From the IMG/VR virus record IMGVR_UViG_3300028840_008186, positions 1 through 64,000 of that record: DNA of 64,000 nt; one strand, 5' to 3'. Below are positions 37,586 to 45,911 of this stretch, one piece after another. A program made the translations under genes and the position numbers. Below the pieces are notes generated by a model that had not been told where the DNA came from, made no database searches, and saw only the letters and a program-made list of their open reading frames with translations. Each line of letters starts with the position of its first letter. Within the stretch, counting starts at the first letter, position 1. Source of the DNA: a virus. Its lineage: Duplodnaviria; Caudoviricetes.

Positions 37586-38134
37586 ATGAGTAAAGGTAAA
37601 AGCGAGAAGGTAGAGAAGGTAGCGAAGGTCGGAGCGGGTAACGAAGCTTTAATCGAAGAGGCTAAAAGCCTAGGAGTTAAGGTAGACGCCCTACTTAGGG
37701 CGGGATTACTCGAAGAGGCGCGCGAGAAAATCGAGAGGGAAAAGACTCTAGCGAAGGCTAAGGAAGCCGCCCTAATCGTCGGTCGGTCGGCGAATCGATT
37801 CGCCCTATTTTATCGAAAGATAGGGGAGTCGCTAAAGGCGGGGCGTCTCCCGTCGGGAGTAGAGGATCGCGAGTATACCTTCGGTATACTCGGGCTTTAC
37901 CCGAAAGAGGGACGCGGGGGAGGAGTAAGTGACTGGGCTAATAAGGGCGCTTCTAAAGGAAACGCGCTATTCGCCGAAATCGTCCGGACCGGAAACGCCG
38001 AGGCCTTTCTAAAGGCCTACGATAAGGTCCGGACGGGCGAAGCGACCGAAGGGGTAAAAACCGGGATCGATTACCTAAAGGGATTCGCCCCCGAGATCCG
38101 TAAAGCCCTAGGATTCGCCCCCGAGAGTAAATAA
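37586..38134 (+). CDS. first early protein, function unknown; paralog of 40931-41365
   Basis: 182-aa ORF, purine-rich RBS, downstream hairpin; no Q/H/C. Confidence 0.85.
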   Translation: MSKGKSEKVEKVAKVGAGNEALIEEAKSLGVKVDALLRAGLLEEAREKIEREKTLAKAKEAALIVGRSANRFALFYRKIGESLKAGRLPSGVEDREYTFGILGLYPKEGRGGGVSDWANKGASKGNALFAEIVRTGNAEAFLKAYDKVRTGEATEGVKTGIDYLKGFAPEIRKALGFAPESK

Positions 38135-38146
38135 TAAACCTTAACC

Positions 38147-38169
38147 GGGAGGGGCGCTTCGCCCCTCCC
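38147..38169 (+). terminator. GC-rich hairpin without U-tract
   Basis: GGGAGGGGCG-CTT-CGCCCCTCCC. Confidence 0.5.
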
Positions 38170-38192
38170 CTACTACGAAGGAGGTCTGGAAA

Positions 38193-38351
38193 ATGGAATT
38201 AGTAGAACTTTTTGAAAGGTACGAATTTCCTAAGGACGAATGCTTCGGATTAGCCGACGACGAATTGGAGAACTATTACCTTCGGACCGAACGGGAAAAT
38301 ACCGGTCTGAAGATAGTGGAGCTCGATTATCCTAACGTAACCTGGGCTTAG
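38193..38351 (+). CDS. 52-aa acidic protein (absent from ORF track)
   Basis: AAGGAGGT RBS; MELVELFERYEFPKDECFGLADDELENYYLRTERENTGLKIVELDYPNVTWA. Confidence 0.7.
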   Translation: MELVELFERYEFPKDECFGLADDELENYYLRTERENTGLKIVELDYPNVTWA

Positions 38352-38361
38352 AACCTGAAAA

Positions 38362-38388
38362 GACCCCTCCCGTAGGGAGGGGTCATTT
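38362..38388 (+). terminator. hairpin/terminator closing the first early unit
   Basis: GACCCCTCCC-GTA-GGGAGGGGTC followed by ATTT. Confidence 0.6.
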
Positions 38389-38404
38389 CCCCAGCCACCC
38401 AGGC

Positions 38405-38694
38405 CCACTTTTCTGTCCAGCTCACGGATATTTCTGGGAACAAATCGGTAGACTCACTTTTGTGGTTTGAGTGATGGCGGATACGCAAATCCTGAACTGT
38501 TCGCTGCAGTCCACTTTTCTGGTCTGAATAAAACAACTCTATTCCACTTTTCTGAACCCTGCTTGCCTCACTCACTAAAGTGGGTGCTGAGGAACACTTT
38601 TTCTTAGGAACACTTTCTTGAACTGGGTGTGCTGCAAGGTTGATGGCATGACGCAGAAGCCCTGAGCAATGGGTTCTGAAACTTGGTTGATGGC
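38405..38694. repeat. non-coding iteron-like repeat tract
   Basis: CCACTTTTCTG at 38405, 38511, 38544; GGAACACTTT at 38591, 38607; GGTTGATGGC at 38638, 38685. Confidence 0.75.
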
Positions 38695-38887
38695 TGGCAA
38701 AATCAACACGCGCATACCCATAACGCAGGAACACCAATACACTTACCCACCTACATACCCCACCTTAGCCCCAGTGCTTTCCTAGTCTACACACTTTCCA
38801 GAGTACCACCACTCTTCAGCCTAATAGCAATTAGGTACTCATACATACACTCCCCTAATTTATTCCGTACCACTACGAATATTTCCC

Positions 38888-38918
38888 TTTATGGGGTACC
38901 CGGTGGTTAGGGTAAGCT
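38888..38918 (+). promoter_or_regulatory. repeated early promoter, copy 1
   Basis: TTTATG-19 bp-TAAGCT containing TACCC-N8-GGGTA. Confidence 0.7.
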
Positions 38919-39031
38919 AGGCGTTACCTATCGGCTCCTAGGGGAGCCGACTAGCGCACTTTAATCTAATTCAGAAAGGAGGTGAATATTCGGTTTTGAA
39001 TAAATCTCTAACTCAAAAGGAGGAAAGAACA

Positions 39032-39547
39032 ATGAGTAATGAATTTCGTAAAATTGTATCCCGTATACTGACGGAGGATCCATGGGATCCGAACGTGAAC
39101 GATGCGGACCTAGAGGTATCAGCGATCGATGATAAATTTCGCCGGTTCAGTGTATATAACCCCCGGAAGCACTACCTCATATTACACACGGGTGACGACG
39201 TAATAGTGGGATGTGAGAACGGGAATAACGAAGCTTTCAAGCTCGACGTTCCACTGGACGGAATTTATCTCGACCGGGATATATTCATTCAGGCTGAGAA
39301 GACCATTGTGGAAGGTCGGCTCGTGATGTGTAAGCACTGCGAGGGTCCTTGTGACCTAGCGGAAACCGTATTAACCCGGTATCAGTCCGACACTGGAACT
39401 GAAAGATGTGGTAACTGTAGGTTTGTATACTGGGAGGACGGGGACGAGTACGCGGGATATCATTGTGGGTGTCCCTACGGAATCCGGTATGAAAAACCCG
39501 TAGCGAGTAACGACCACTGCGGGTTGTGGATGAAGATAGTAGGTTAG
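39032..39547 (+). CDS. early protein with Cys-rich C-terminus
   Basis: AAGGAGG RBS; CKHC, CGNC..., C.CP...HCGLW. Confidence 0.75.
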   Translation: MSNEFRKIVSRILTEDPWDPNVNDADLEVSAIDDKFRRFSVYNPRKHYLILHTGDDVIVGCENGNNEAFKLDVPLDGIYLDRDIFIQAEKTIVEGRLVMCKHCEGPCDLAETVLTRYQSDTGTERCGNCRFVYWEDGDEYAGYHCGCPYGIRYEKPVASNDHCGLWMKIVG

Positions 39548-39596
39548 ATCACTGGGGGAGGCCGGGAGGCCTCCCCTCTTCAAAGGAGGTGAATTT

Positions 39597-39830
39597 ATGG
39601 AGGTCAACGGGACACTCACAGAAGTTCGATTCGGCCACGGCGACGGCGTGAAGCTGTGGGTCTGGGACCGGAAGATCATCGGTTGTAACGCAGCCAAAAC
39701 TATAGATGGTAGTCGTTACTGCTTTTTGTGCGATTACCACTGCGAGGCTATGCTTGAAGATGTGACGAAAGTCGCTGAAGATCACAAGACCTGGATCAAG
39801 TCAGTTGGGATCCTGAAAGATTGGAGGTAG
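39597..39830 (+). CDS. hypothetical early protein
   Basis: AAAGGAGGTGA RBS. Confidence 0.7.
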   Translation: MEVNGTLTEVRFGHGDGVKLWVWDRKIIGCNAAKTIDGSRYCFLCDYHCEAMLEDVTKVAEDHKTWIKSVGILKDWR

Positions 39831-39833
39831 GAT

Positions 39834-40019
39834 ATGGAATTACCTACATTGAAGGCAACATTGATGAATCGGGATGGTTTGAGTTCAGAAGAAGTCGATG
39901 ATATGATCGCCGACGCTCGTGAGGAGTTGATGGAGCGGATTGAAAATGGTGAATATTGCGATGATTTCTGTGAAGAGATGTTTGGACTTGAACCGGATTA
40001 CATTATGGACCTGATATAA
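39834..40019 (+). CDS. small, highly acidic phage protein
   Basis: LM.RDGLS.EE...I...EEMFGLEPDY..DL; RBS. Confidence 0.75.
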   Translation: MELPTLKATLMNRDGLSSEEVDDMIADAREELMERIENGEYCDDFCEEMFGLEPDYIMDLI

Positions 40020-40038
40020 GAAAGGAGAGTCTGAAGAA

Positions 40039-40299
40039 ATGAAAGAGAAAGATTTCAAATTTGAAGAAACAATCGAGCACGAAGGCACATCGGCTGAAGC
40101 GGCAATGCTCCATATCGCACAAAAACACCCGGAGAAGGCACTCAATATCCTATTCCATGTTCTGGACGGGGCGTTGGCTGGACTGCCTAGCGACCAGAAA
40201 GACTGGAGGAGCAATATTGAATATTCGCAGGTGCTCTTGATCCTGCGAAGTCTGGATGCAACCAGTAGGCTCATCGCTGAGTATATGACCGCTGATTAG
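40039..40299 (+). CDS. hypothetical early protein
   Basis: AGAAAGGAG RBS; followed by hairpin GCCCTCCGG..CCGGAGGGC. Confidence 0.7.
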   Translation: MKEKDFKFEETIEHEGTSAEAAMLHIAQKHPEKALNILFHVLDGALAGLPSDQKDWRSNIEYSQVLLILRSLDATSRLIAEYMTAD

Positions 40300-40361
40300 G
40301 ATAACCCTGAAGCCCTCCGGTTGAAAGACCGGAGGGCCATAAACAAAGGAGGTCTGAAGAA

Positions 40362-40745
40362 ATGAAAGATACAGGATTGTTGTTGGAGCGGATGCGGGAA
40401 CAAGATCTCGTGCACTTGCTCGAGGACAAGATCGAGATGCTGGGATTTACCCGAGAATGGGTTGCAAACCCAGCTGATCCCACGCAGGTCACACGCACCG
40501 AGGCCAAGGTATATATGCCGTACGGCATAGCCAACGACACAGGAGAGCCAGAGGAGATCCGGGTTACAATGACTCGGGATTGGGCCACAACGATTGCCAT
40601 CGGATGCGACACTGGCAGGTGTGACCTCATATGGGTCCCGCAAGATGAAACATGGAGCGAGATATGGCATGTTGGCGGAGGGCAAGGGCTAGACATCTTG
40701 CACGCCATACTTACAGATGGTGATTTTCCTCCATTGGAAGATTAA
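40362..40745 (+). CDS. acidic hypothetical early protein
   Basis: AAAGGAGGT RBS. Confidence 0.75.
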   Translation: MKDTGLLLERMREQDLVHLLEDKIEMLGFTREWVANPADPTQVTRTEAKVYMPYGIANDTGEPEEIRVTMTRDWATTIAIGCDTGRCDLIWVPQDETWSEIWHVGGGQGLDILHAILTDGDFPPLED

Positions 40746-40797
40746 ACCAAAACCGGGATATGATGCCGGAAAAATCGTAGTGAGGCCAAGAAAACTC

Positions 40798-40828
40798 TTT
40801 ATGGGGTACCCGGTGGTTAGGGTATAAT
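40798..40828 (+). promoter_or_regulatory. repeated early promoter, copy 2
   Basis: TTTATG-19 bp-TATAAT; spacer identical to copy 1. Confidence 0.75.
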
Positions 40829-40930
40829 ATACCTAAATCGTTAGAAAACGACCGGCTCAAGGAGAAAGGAGGTGAGATAGTGAAGGGAGCCAACAACAAA
40901 CTCAATCCAAACGGAAAGGAGAATGAGAAG

Positions 40931-41365
40931 ATGGGAAAGAAAAAGATAGTCAGGAATGCAGGACAACACAAGGTTGAAGATCTCCGCGCCCAAGCAGCCG
41001 AAGCTGGTGTGGATATCTCCAAGCTGGTAGAGGCGGGATTGCTCGATGAGGCTGCGAACAAGATCGATCAGAGCGAAAAGCTCAAAGCAGCCGAAGCCAA
41101 GAAGACCGGCAAAGCCATTCCCAAAAACCGCTGGGAACGGTTGTGGACCAAGATCGATAGGGAGATCAAGGATCTCGGCGTTGAGGATTGCGAGATTCTG
41201 ATGGCGATGAAATATCTCACCCTGAAAGAGGGTGAGGGCGGCGGTTCCAGCGATTGGGGCCACAAAGCGGGGCTGAAAGCTGCCCTGCTCGCATATAGGC
41301 ACGCCCCTGAATGCCTGTCCAAGGCGCACAAAGCGAAGATCAAGGAGATGATCAAAGACGCTTAG
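40931..41365 (+). CDS. paralog of first early protein (alternative GTG start at 40880)
   Basis: shares AGLL(D/E)EA..KI, NR(W/F), GVED.E, KEG.GGG.SDW..K with 37586-38134. Confidence 0.85.
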   Translation: MGKKKIVRNAGQHKVEDLRAQAAEAGVDISKLVEAGLLDEAANKIDQSEKLKAAEAKKTGKAIPKNRWERLWTKIDREIKDLGVEDCEILMAMKYLTLKEGEGGGSSDWGHKAGLKAALLAYRHAPECLSKAHKAKIKEMIKDA

Positions 41366-41420
41366 TCATCGCTCCGACCAGCAAGCTGCGATCGGTTTGT
41401 TGGTCGGCTCGGTTGACTAA
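41362..41420 (+). promoter_or_regulatory. long imperfect RNA hairpin (RNase III-site-like)
   Basis: TTAGTCA..CCGACCAGCAAGCTG-CGAT-CGGTTTGTTGGTCGG..TGACTAA with G-U pairs on + strand. Confidence 0.55.
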
Positions 41421-41498
41421 CCGTGGACAATAATATGATAACAGGAACGCCCCCGCCTTTGAGGGGCGGAGCTGTGTCAACAGAAAGGAGGTGAATAG

Positions 41499-41798
41499 AT
41501 GAAATACTTCAAAGTACAACTCAAAAAGGGCGGTGTGCTCGTTTCAACCGAGGATATCCGCAGTGGGGTTGTGAAGGTGAGGGGCTGTTACGATGATGTT
41601 GTTGGTCCCTTTGAAGAACTGCGTTTCTGCATAACCTGTGAATACGCACTACCGGAACACTCCAATCGTTGCGGCGGCTTGAAAGATGAGACGATTGAAG
41701 CCGAGGACATTGAGGACTTGTTTGTAAAAGCCAAAGGCGAGCCTGAATCCATCGCAGCACAGAGGAGGTCAGTATATGGTAGTACCGGAAGTGCGTAG
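41499..41798 (+). CDS. hypothetical early protein
   Basis: AGAAAGGAGGTGA RBS; CITC. Confidence 0.7.
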   Translation: MKYFKVQLKKGGVLVSTEDIRSGVVKVRGCYDDVVGPFEELRFCITCEYALPEHSNRCGGLKDETIEAEDIEDLFVKAKGEPESIAAQRRSVYGSTGSA

Positions 41799-41970
41799 CG
41801 ATTGGTGCCCGGATTGCGGCGCAGGGAAAGACAAACTCCAAGCGTGGCGATCATGGGACGAGCATGGGAAAGCAACACGGATATGTACCGTTTGCTTGGG
41901 AAGGAAGATGGAGGAAATAAAAAATGATATATCTGCAAGGCACCGAGCAAGTGCAGAACGCATCTCATAG
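41776..41970 (+). CDS. small zinc-ribbon protein
   Basis: GGAGGT RBS; CPDC...CTVC. Confidence 0.6.
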   Translation: MVVPEVRSDWCPDCGAGKDKLQAWRSWDEHGKATRICTVCLGRKMEEIKNDISARHRASAERIS

Positions 41971-42166
41971 AATAAATGAGGCTTCTATGAGGATGAAGGA
42001 GACTGCGCACAGAATAGAGAGCGCCGCCGTGGGTATGGATGCAGCGCTGGATCGGTTCTTCTACAGGATGGATGAGCTGGTAAATACGCTCGTTCAAGAG
42101 ATGAAATCGATCCAGGAAGCAAAGCATGAACGAGCGCAGGAATATTTCGATGATGGGACCTGTTGA
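41924..42166 (+). CDS. coiled-coil hypothetical protein
   Basis: GGAGGA RBS. Confidence 0.6.
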   Translation: MIYLQGTEQVQNASHRINEASMRMKETAHRIESAAVGMDAALDRFFYRMDELVNTLVQEMKSIQEAKHERAQEYFDDGTC

Positions 42167-42332
42167 TCCTAGGACAACGATATGCCTGATCGCGCTCCTC
42201 TTGATTCCGGTAGCCGCCGAAGCTCCAGAATGGTATCGGATCAAGAAGAGTTCCATTCGCAAAGCGCAGCCCATTCTGGTCTCGAGCGTTGAGACTATAT
42301 ACCGTGGACCGGATGGGGAGATATTCAAATGA
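42126..42332 (+). CDS. small protein with hydrophobic segment
   Basis: TTICLIALLLIPVAA; fills gap in operon. Confidence 0.45.
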   Translation: MNERRNISMMGPVDPRTTICLIALLLIPVAAEAPEWYRIKKSSIRKAQPILVSSVETIYRGPDGEIFK

Positions 42333-42530
42333 TTACGTTCTGGCCCTTGAGGTGGTTAAATAAGCTTTTCCTCGCACGTTCCTGTTATGGAGGAAAGCGA
42401 CACCCTTGGGCCGGATCGATCTTGAGAGGAGGTAAGCTGATATGTCAGGAGATTGCATATTGAACAGCCTGATACTAGGGGCGCTGTGTTGGGTTATAAT
42501 ACTTGCTCTGATATAAGGAGGTGAAAGAGG

Positions 42531-42827
42531 ATGCGGTATATCATAGAGATCGACAGTCAAACATTGCCCCCTGAAGATAGCGACTTCCATAGGACAGATC
42601 TTGTTATAATGATGAGAGACGCCCTTCAGGATTTCCTACGAGTCAGGGAGCACCCCACGGAGTATGTCCGAACGAGATATGCTGACCACGACTACAGGTT
42701 TAGGGAAATGAAGCTGAGAGACGTGGAACGGCGAAACCGAGTGGCCAAATATCTACTCCGTCATGGTAAGGTTGACGTAGATATCCGGAAGCTCGTGCCG
42801 GATGATTTGGAAAGGAGAGAGCAATGA
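42531..42827 (+). CDS. hypothetical protein
   Basis: AAGGAGGTGA RBS; TATAAT at 42495. Confidence 0.7.
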   Translation: MRYIIEIDSQTLPPEDSDFHRTDLVIMMRDALQDFLRVREHPTEYVRTRYADHDYRFREMKLRDVERRNRVAKYLLRHGKVDVDIRKLVPDDLERREQ

Positions 42828-43174
42828 TACAGAAACCGCAGTGGGAGATTGATCATGGCATAACAGCTGATCGATTTGAAGACCACCATGGTTATTATCT
42901 TCAAAAGGCGAAGCTGTTCGGCATAGGGTGGCCTCGTACTGAAGAGCGGTTTATGAACCGCACGAGGGAGCATTGGGCGGAGCTATATGACCAGGACGAG
43001 CATCTCAACAACGCTCGGTTAAGTGAGTTCGACCGGTACCACTTCTGGGATCTAGCAATCGCTCGACGGTTGCGAGTCCCTATCAGCAAAGCATGCTCAG
43101 TATGTATGAGAAAAGCAGTTATCAAAGAGGAGGTGCTAAAATGGCGAAGGAGATATCTGGAGAAAGGAGCGTGA
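42824..43174 (+). CDS. hypothetical protein
   Basis: ATGA coupling. Confidence 0.7.
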   Translation: MIQKPQWEIDHGITADRFEDHHGYYLQKAKLFGIGWPRTEERFMNRTREHWAELYDQDEHLNNARLSEFDRYHFWDLAIARRLRVPISKACSVCMRKAVIKEEVLKWRRRYLEKGA

Positions 43175-43177
43175 GCT

Positions 43178-43816
43178 ATGTGTAGAAAATTGATTAGACA
43201 ACGGCCTGTTCGCGTCGCTAAACGCAATCAGCCGGTGTGGAAAACCATGGATAAGATCCTTCCCAATACCTACATGAGCCCGTATATCTGCGTGGAAGAA
43301 GAGAAGATGGCCCTGGGATCGCGGAGGCTATCAGGCTTCACGGCTGAGGGCGGCGGTTATATGGCGTACCGCGATAAAAAAAGATGTTACGGCCATAGGG
43401 GCACCTACCATAGGCGGTATTTCATTCCCAAAGGCGCGCGGTATTGCATTGGTACATGTCCGCAAAAAGGAGTGAAGGGGGCTGTACGAGCGGAGTTCCT
43501 AGTGAGAGGAGAGGAATTGGATGCCTTTGATATCCATAAAGCCAGGATCGAGCGTATTCACTATGCCCTCGATCACCCGGACTACGATGAAGACGCTGAT
43601 ATAATAGCCGAGATCTTGTTGGAAATAGAAACCTTGAATGCTGAAGTAGATTACTTGATGAGCGAGACTCGCAGAGGACTCGGTGATGAAGTGGACTGGA
43701 AAACACGAATGCACACGGATCATCTAAAACTACGGGCGGGAGACTTGGCGGACTTCATAAAAGAATTAGCCTGGGAAATCCAGCACGCAGAGAAGGAGGT
43801 GAAGACTATTGGCTGA
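43178..43816 (+). CDS. hypothetical protein (basic N-half, acidic helical C-half)
   Basis: GAAAGGAG RBS; FIPKGARY..G motif. Confidence 0.7.
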   Translation: MCRKLIRQRPVRVAKRNQPVWKTMDKILPNTYMSPYICVEEEKMALGSRRLSGFTAEGGGYMAYRDKKRCYGHRGTYHRRYFIPKGARYCIGTCPQKGVKGAVRAEFLVRGEELDAFDIHKARIERIHYALDHPDYDEDADIIAEILLEIETLNAEVDYLMSETRRGLGDEVDWKTRMHTDHLKLRAGDLADFIKELAWEIQHAEKEVKTIG

Positions 43817-44081
43817 TATCACTAATTTCCAATGCCCGCGCTGCGGCGGCGAGCGCATTGAGATGGTCGAGCAATGCATGCTAGGCTCTGTCCTCGGAGC
43901 CATAGACGAAGAAGGACACTGCGAAATCCTCAGCTCCGGCGAGGTATGGGACGGTGAAACAGAGCGGTTCCAATGCGTCAAATGCGGCAAGGTCATACAT
44001 ACAGAGGACGGAACCGTAATTCAATCAATAATCGAACTCGCAGAACATGCGAGGAAAAGGGGGTGGTTGGAAGATGAGTAG
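43809..44081 (+). CDS. zinc-ribbon protein
   Basis: AAGGAGGTGA + TTG; CPRCG...CVKCG. Confidence 0.7.
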   Translation: MADITNFQCPRCGGERIEMVEQCMLGSVLGAIDEEGHCEILSSGEVWDGETERFQCVKCGKVIHTEDGTVIQSIIELAEHARKRGWLEDE

Positions 44082-44361
44082 AATAAACCAGTTGATAGCA
44101 GATATGGAAGCTGCCTTAGTCAATGATATGGTATCGAACCGTACATTGAAGGTCTGGGACGAGCTGAAGCCCAAAATCGTCAACCCTGACAAATTGGCCG
44201 ATTGGATGAGGATGAAAGGATTCACCAAGGATTCTCTTATCAACGATATCATGGACGAATGGACAAACGACTTGATGGAGGGCCTGGAAGAGATATATGG
44301 CCTGGAATCGTCGGTGTCATTTATCCTGAAAGGAGGTGAAGAGGATGAATATGGGAGTTAG
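44074..44361 (+). CDS. acidic hypothetical protein
   Basis: coupled ORF. Confidence 0.65.
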   Translation: MSRINQLIADMEAALVNDMVSNRTLKVWDELKPKIVNPDKLADWMRMKGFTKDSLINDIMDEWTNDLMEGLEEIYGLESSVSFILKGGEEDEYGS

Positions 44362-44644
44362 TCTGAAGGACAGACGACCACTGTCTCCGATGGAGGCAGC
44401 TGTCCAGAAGGCCCAGGAATATTTCGGCGACCTTATGGCGATGTACGCCGAGCAAGAGGGCGTGGATCCTGAATCGTTGAGCTCAGGAGCGTGGGAGCCC
44501 TCAAATAAAGAGGCCAAAATGGTATTTATGGAATCCCTTTATGCAATTCAGTACAAGGGAGACTATGAAGAAGCATGGGAATGGGCAGTTAACAATGACT
44601 TAGCTTTCATGTACTACAGAGAGGAGGAACACGATGAGCCGTAG
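44345..44644 (+). CDS. acidic hypothetical protein
   Basis: GAAAGGAGGTGA RBS. Confidence 0.7.
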   Translation: MNMGVSLKDRRPLSPMEAAVQKAQEYFGDLMAMYAEQEGVDPESLSSGAWEPSNKEAKMVFMESLYAIQYKGDYEEAWEWAVNNDLAFMYYREEEHDEP

Positions 44645-45062
44645 AATGAAATGCTTTCATGTGAATGAGAAAAAGAACTACGCAACCAAAACCAGGGGAG
44701 AAGATGGGGTATATCGCTATCCTGCTTGGTTACATGGGCATATGCTTACGAACAAAGCTATGCGGGATAATGATAGATTCGCTACCTTGTTCGCCCCGGA
44801 CGGAACCCGAGCCAACCAGATCAATCACTCTTCATTCAAGCAATTGAACGAGATGGGAGTAGTGGAACACGTATATCTCCCTGAACTGAGCGATGAGTGG
44901 TGGAGAGTAGCCGAATACGGACTGGCCCGATGCGATACGATGGAGTTGATTCGACTTAAGAACACACTGAGGCAAAATCCAAACTTCAAAAACATATTCA
45001 ATCCGAAAGAGCAACACAAATGCCCGATGTGCGGGCAGAAATACGCGAGGGGGTGCTGCTAA
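44634..45062 (+). CDS. hypothetical protein
   Basis: GAGGAGG RBS; C-terminal CPMCG. Confidence 0.7.
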   Translation: MSRRMKCFHVNEKKNYATKTRGEDGVYRYPAWLHGHMLTNKAMRDNDRFATLFAPDGTRANQINHSSFKQLNEMGVVEHVYLPELSDEWWRVAEYGLARCDTMELIRLKNTLRQNPNFKNIFNPKEQHKCPMCGQKYARGCC

Positions 45063-45391
45063 TGTCAGACTACATTAATCACGAAGGAATGTACGCAGAT
45101 CTCCAAGACGTCATCCAAAAACTTGAATCAGTACGGGGCCTGATGCCCTGGGGAAAGGAGAAATTGGATTCTCCAATTACAACTCTGAAAACCATAGAAG
45201 CTGAACTGATAGATCACATGTCAGTTGGACGGTGCTACGGTTGTAATGAACCTCTTTTGCCTGGGGAAGTCAAGGGCTTCGGTGACGCAATACTCAGAGT
45301 AGATGGGGGAGCTGATTTCGAGCGCCTTGATTTCTTTATGTGCATGGAGTGTGCGCGCCGAGTAGTCGCTATGATAGAAAAAGTTAGTTGA
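45062..45391 (+). CDS. hypothetical Zn-finger protein
   Basis: TAATG coupling; CYGC...CMEC. Confidence 0.65.
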   Translation: MSDYINHEGMYADLQDVIQKLESVRGLMPWGKEKLDSPITTLKTIEAELIDHMSVGRCYGCNEPLLPGEVKGFGDAILRVDGGADFERLDFFMCMECARRVVAMIEKVS

Positions 45392-45426
45392 GGCGCTAAA
45401 AGTTCGATCTGAATCCAAAATAACCC

Positions 45427-45457
45427 TTTATGTAGTACCCGGTGTTTCGGGTATACT
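45427..45457 (+). promoter_or_regulatory. repeated early promoter, copy 3
   Basis: TTTATG-19 bp-TATACT containing TACCCG-N6-CGGGTA. Confidence 0.7.
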
Positions 45458-45574
45458 TCGCGTATATCGTAACCGAAGGGGCGGAGCTGTGATCCTACCT
45501 TGAAAGGAGGTGATAGCCGATATCCGATTATTCCAACTGCAATCTTTTCAATCTTTTCAGAAGGAGGACAAATC

Positions 45575-45847
45575 ATGAGTAAAGCAACGAAAGCCAAAGG
45601 TAAGAAAACTGAGGAAACCCAAAAAGATCCCCAACAAGTCTACCGGGAAGCTGCGGATGATTTCGCTAAGTCTTCCGCCAAAGCCATGAAATCCTTGTGT
45701 ACTACGTTCGGAGACACGCAAGACACGTTCACCAAAGAGCTGAAATCTATCTGCGGCTCCGAGCAAATCAAAATGGTACACGAATACCTCAAGAAAACCG
45801 TCAACGCCATCGCTGCTAAGAAAAGCAATCTCAAATCGGTAAAGTAA
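45575..45847 (+). CDS. small basic helical protein
   Basis: AGAAGGAGG RBS; downstream hairpin. Confidence 0.75.
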   Translation: MSKATKAKGKKTEETQKDPQQVYREAADDFAKSSAKAMKSLCTTFGDTQDTFTKELKSICGSEQIKMVHEYLKKTVNAIAAKKSNLKSVK

Positions 45848-45911
45848 TTTAGCATTGCTTCGGTTCATGCCCTCCGGCTCTTGGCCGGAGGGTATATGCG
45901 GAGGTGATACT

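Larger units (their letters stand above)
37432..38383. other. CA/TG-depleted island
   Basis: no CA on + strand for ~950 bp; only 3 TG in 37455-38185 (hand inspection). Confidence 0.9.

Noticed and set aside
37870-38018. Perfect hairpins inside the island gene (CGAGTATACC-TTC-GGTATACTCG; AGGCCTTT-CT-AAAGGCCT)
   Set aside because: May arise from the reduced dinucleotide alphabet; no independent support for function
38385-38880. CRISPR array
   Set aside because: Repeats are only 10-11 bp and irregularly spaced; no cas genes
41588-42328. 246-aa - strand ORF in the early region
   Set aside because: Antisense to four coupled + strand genes, most with clear RBSs
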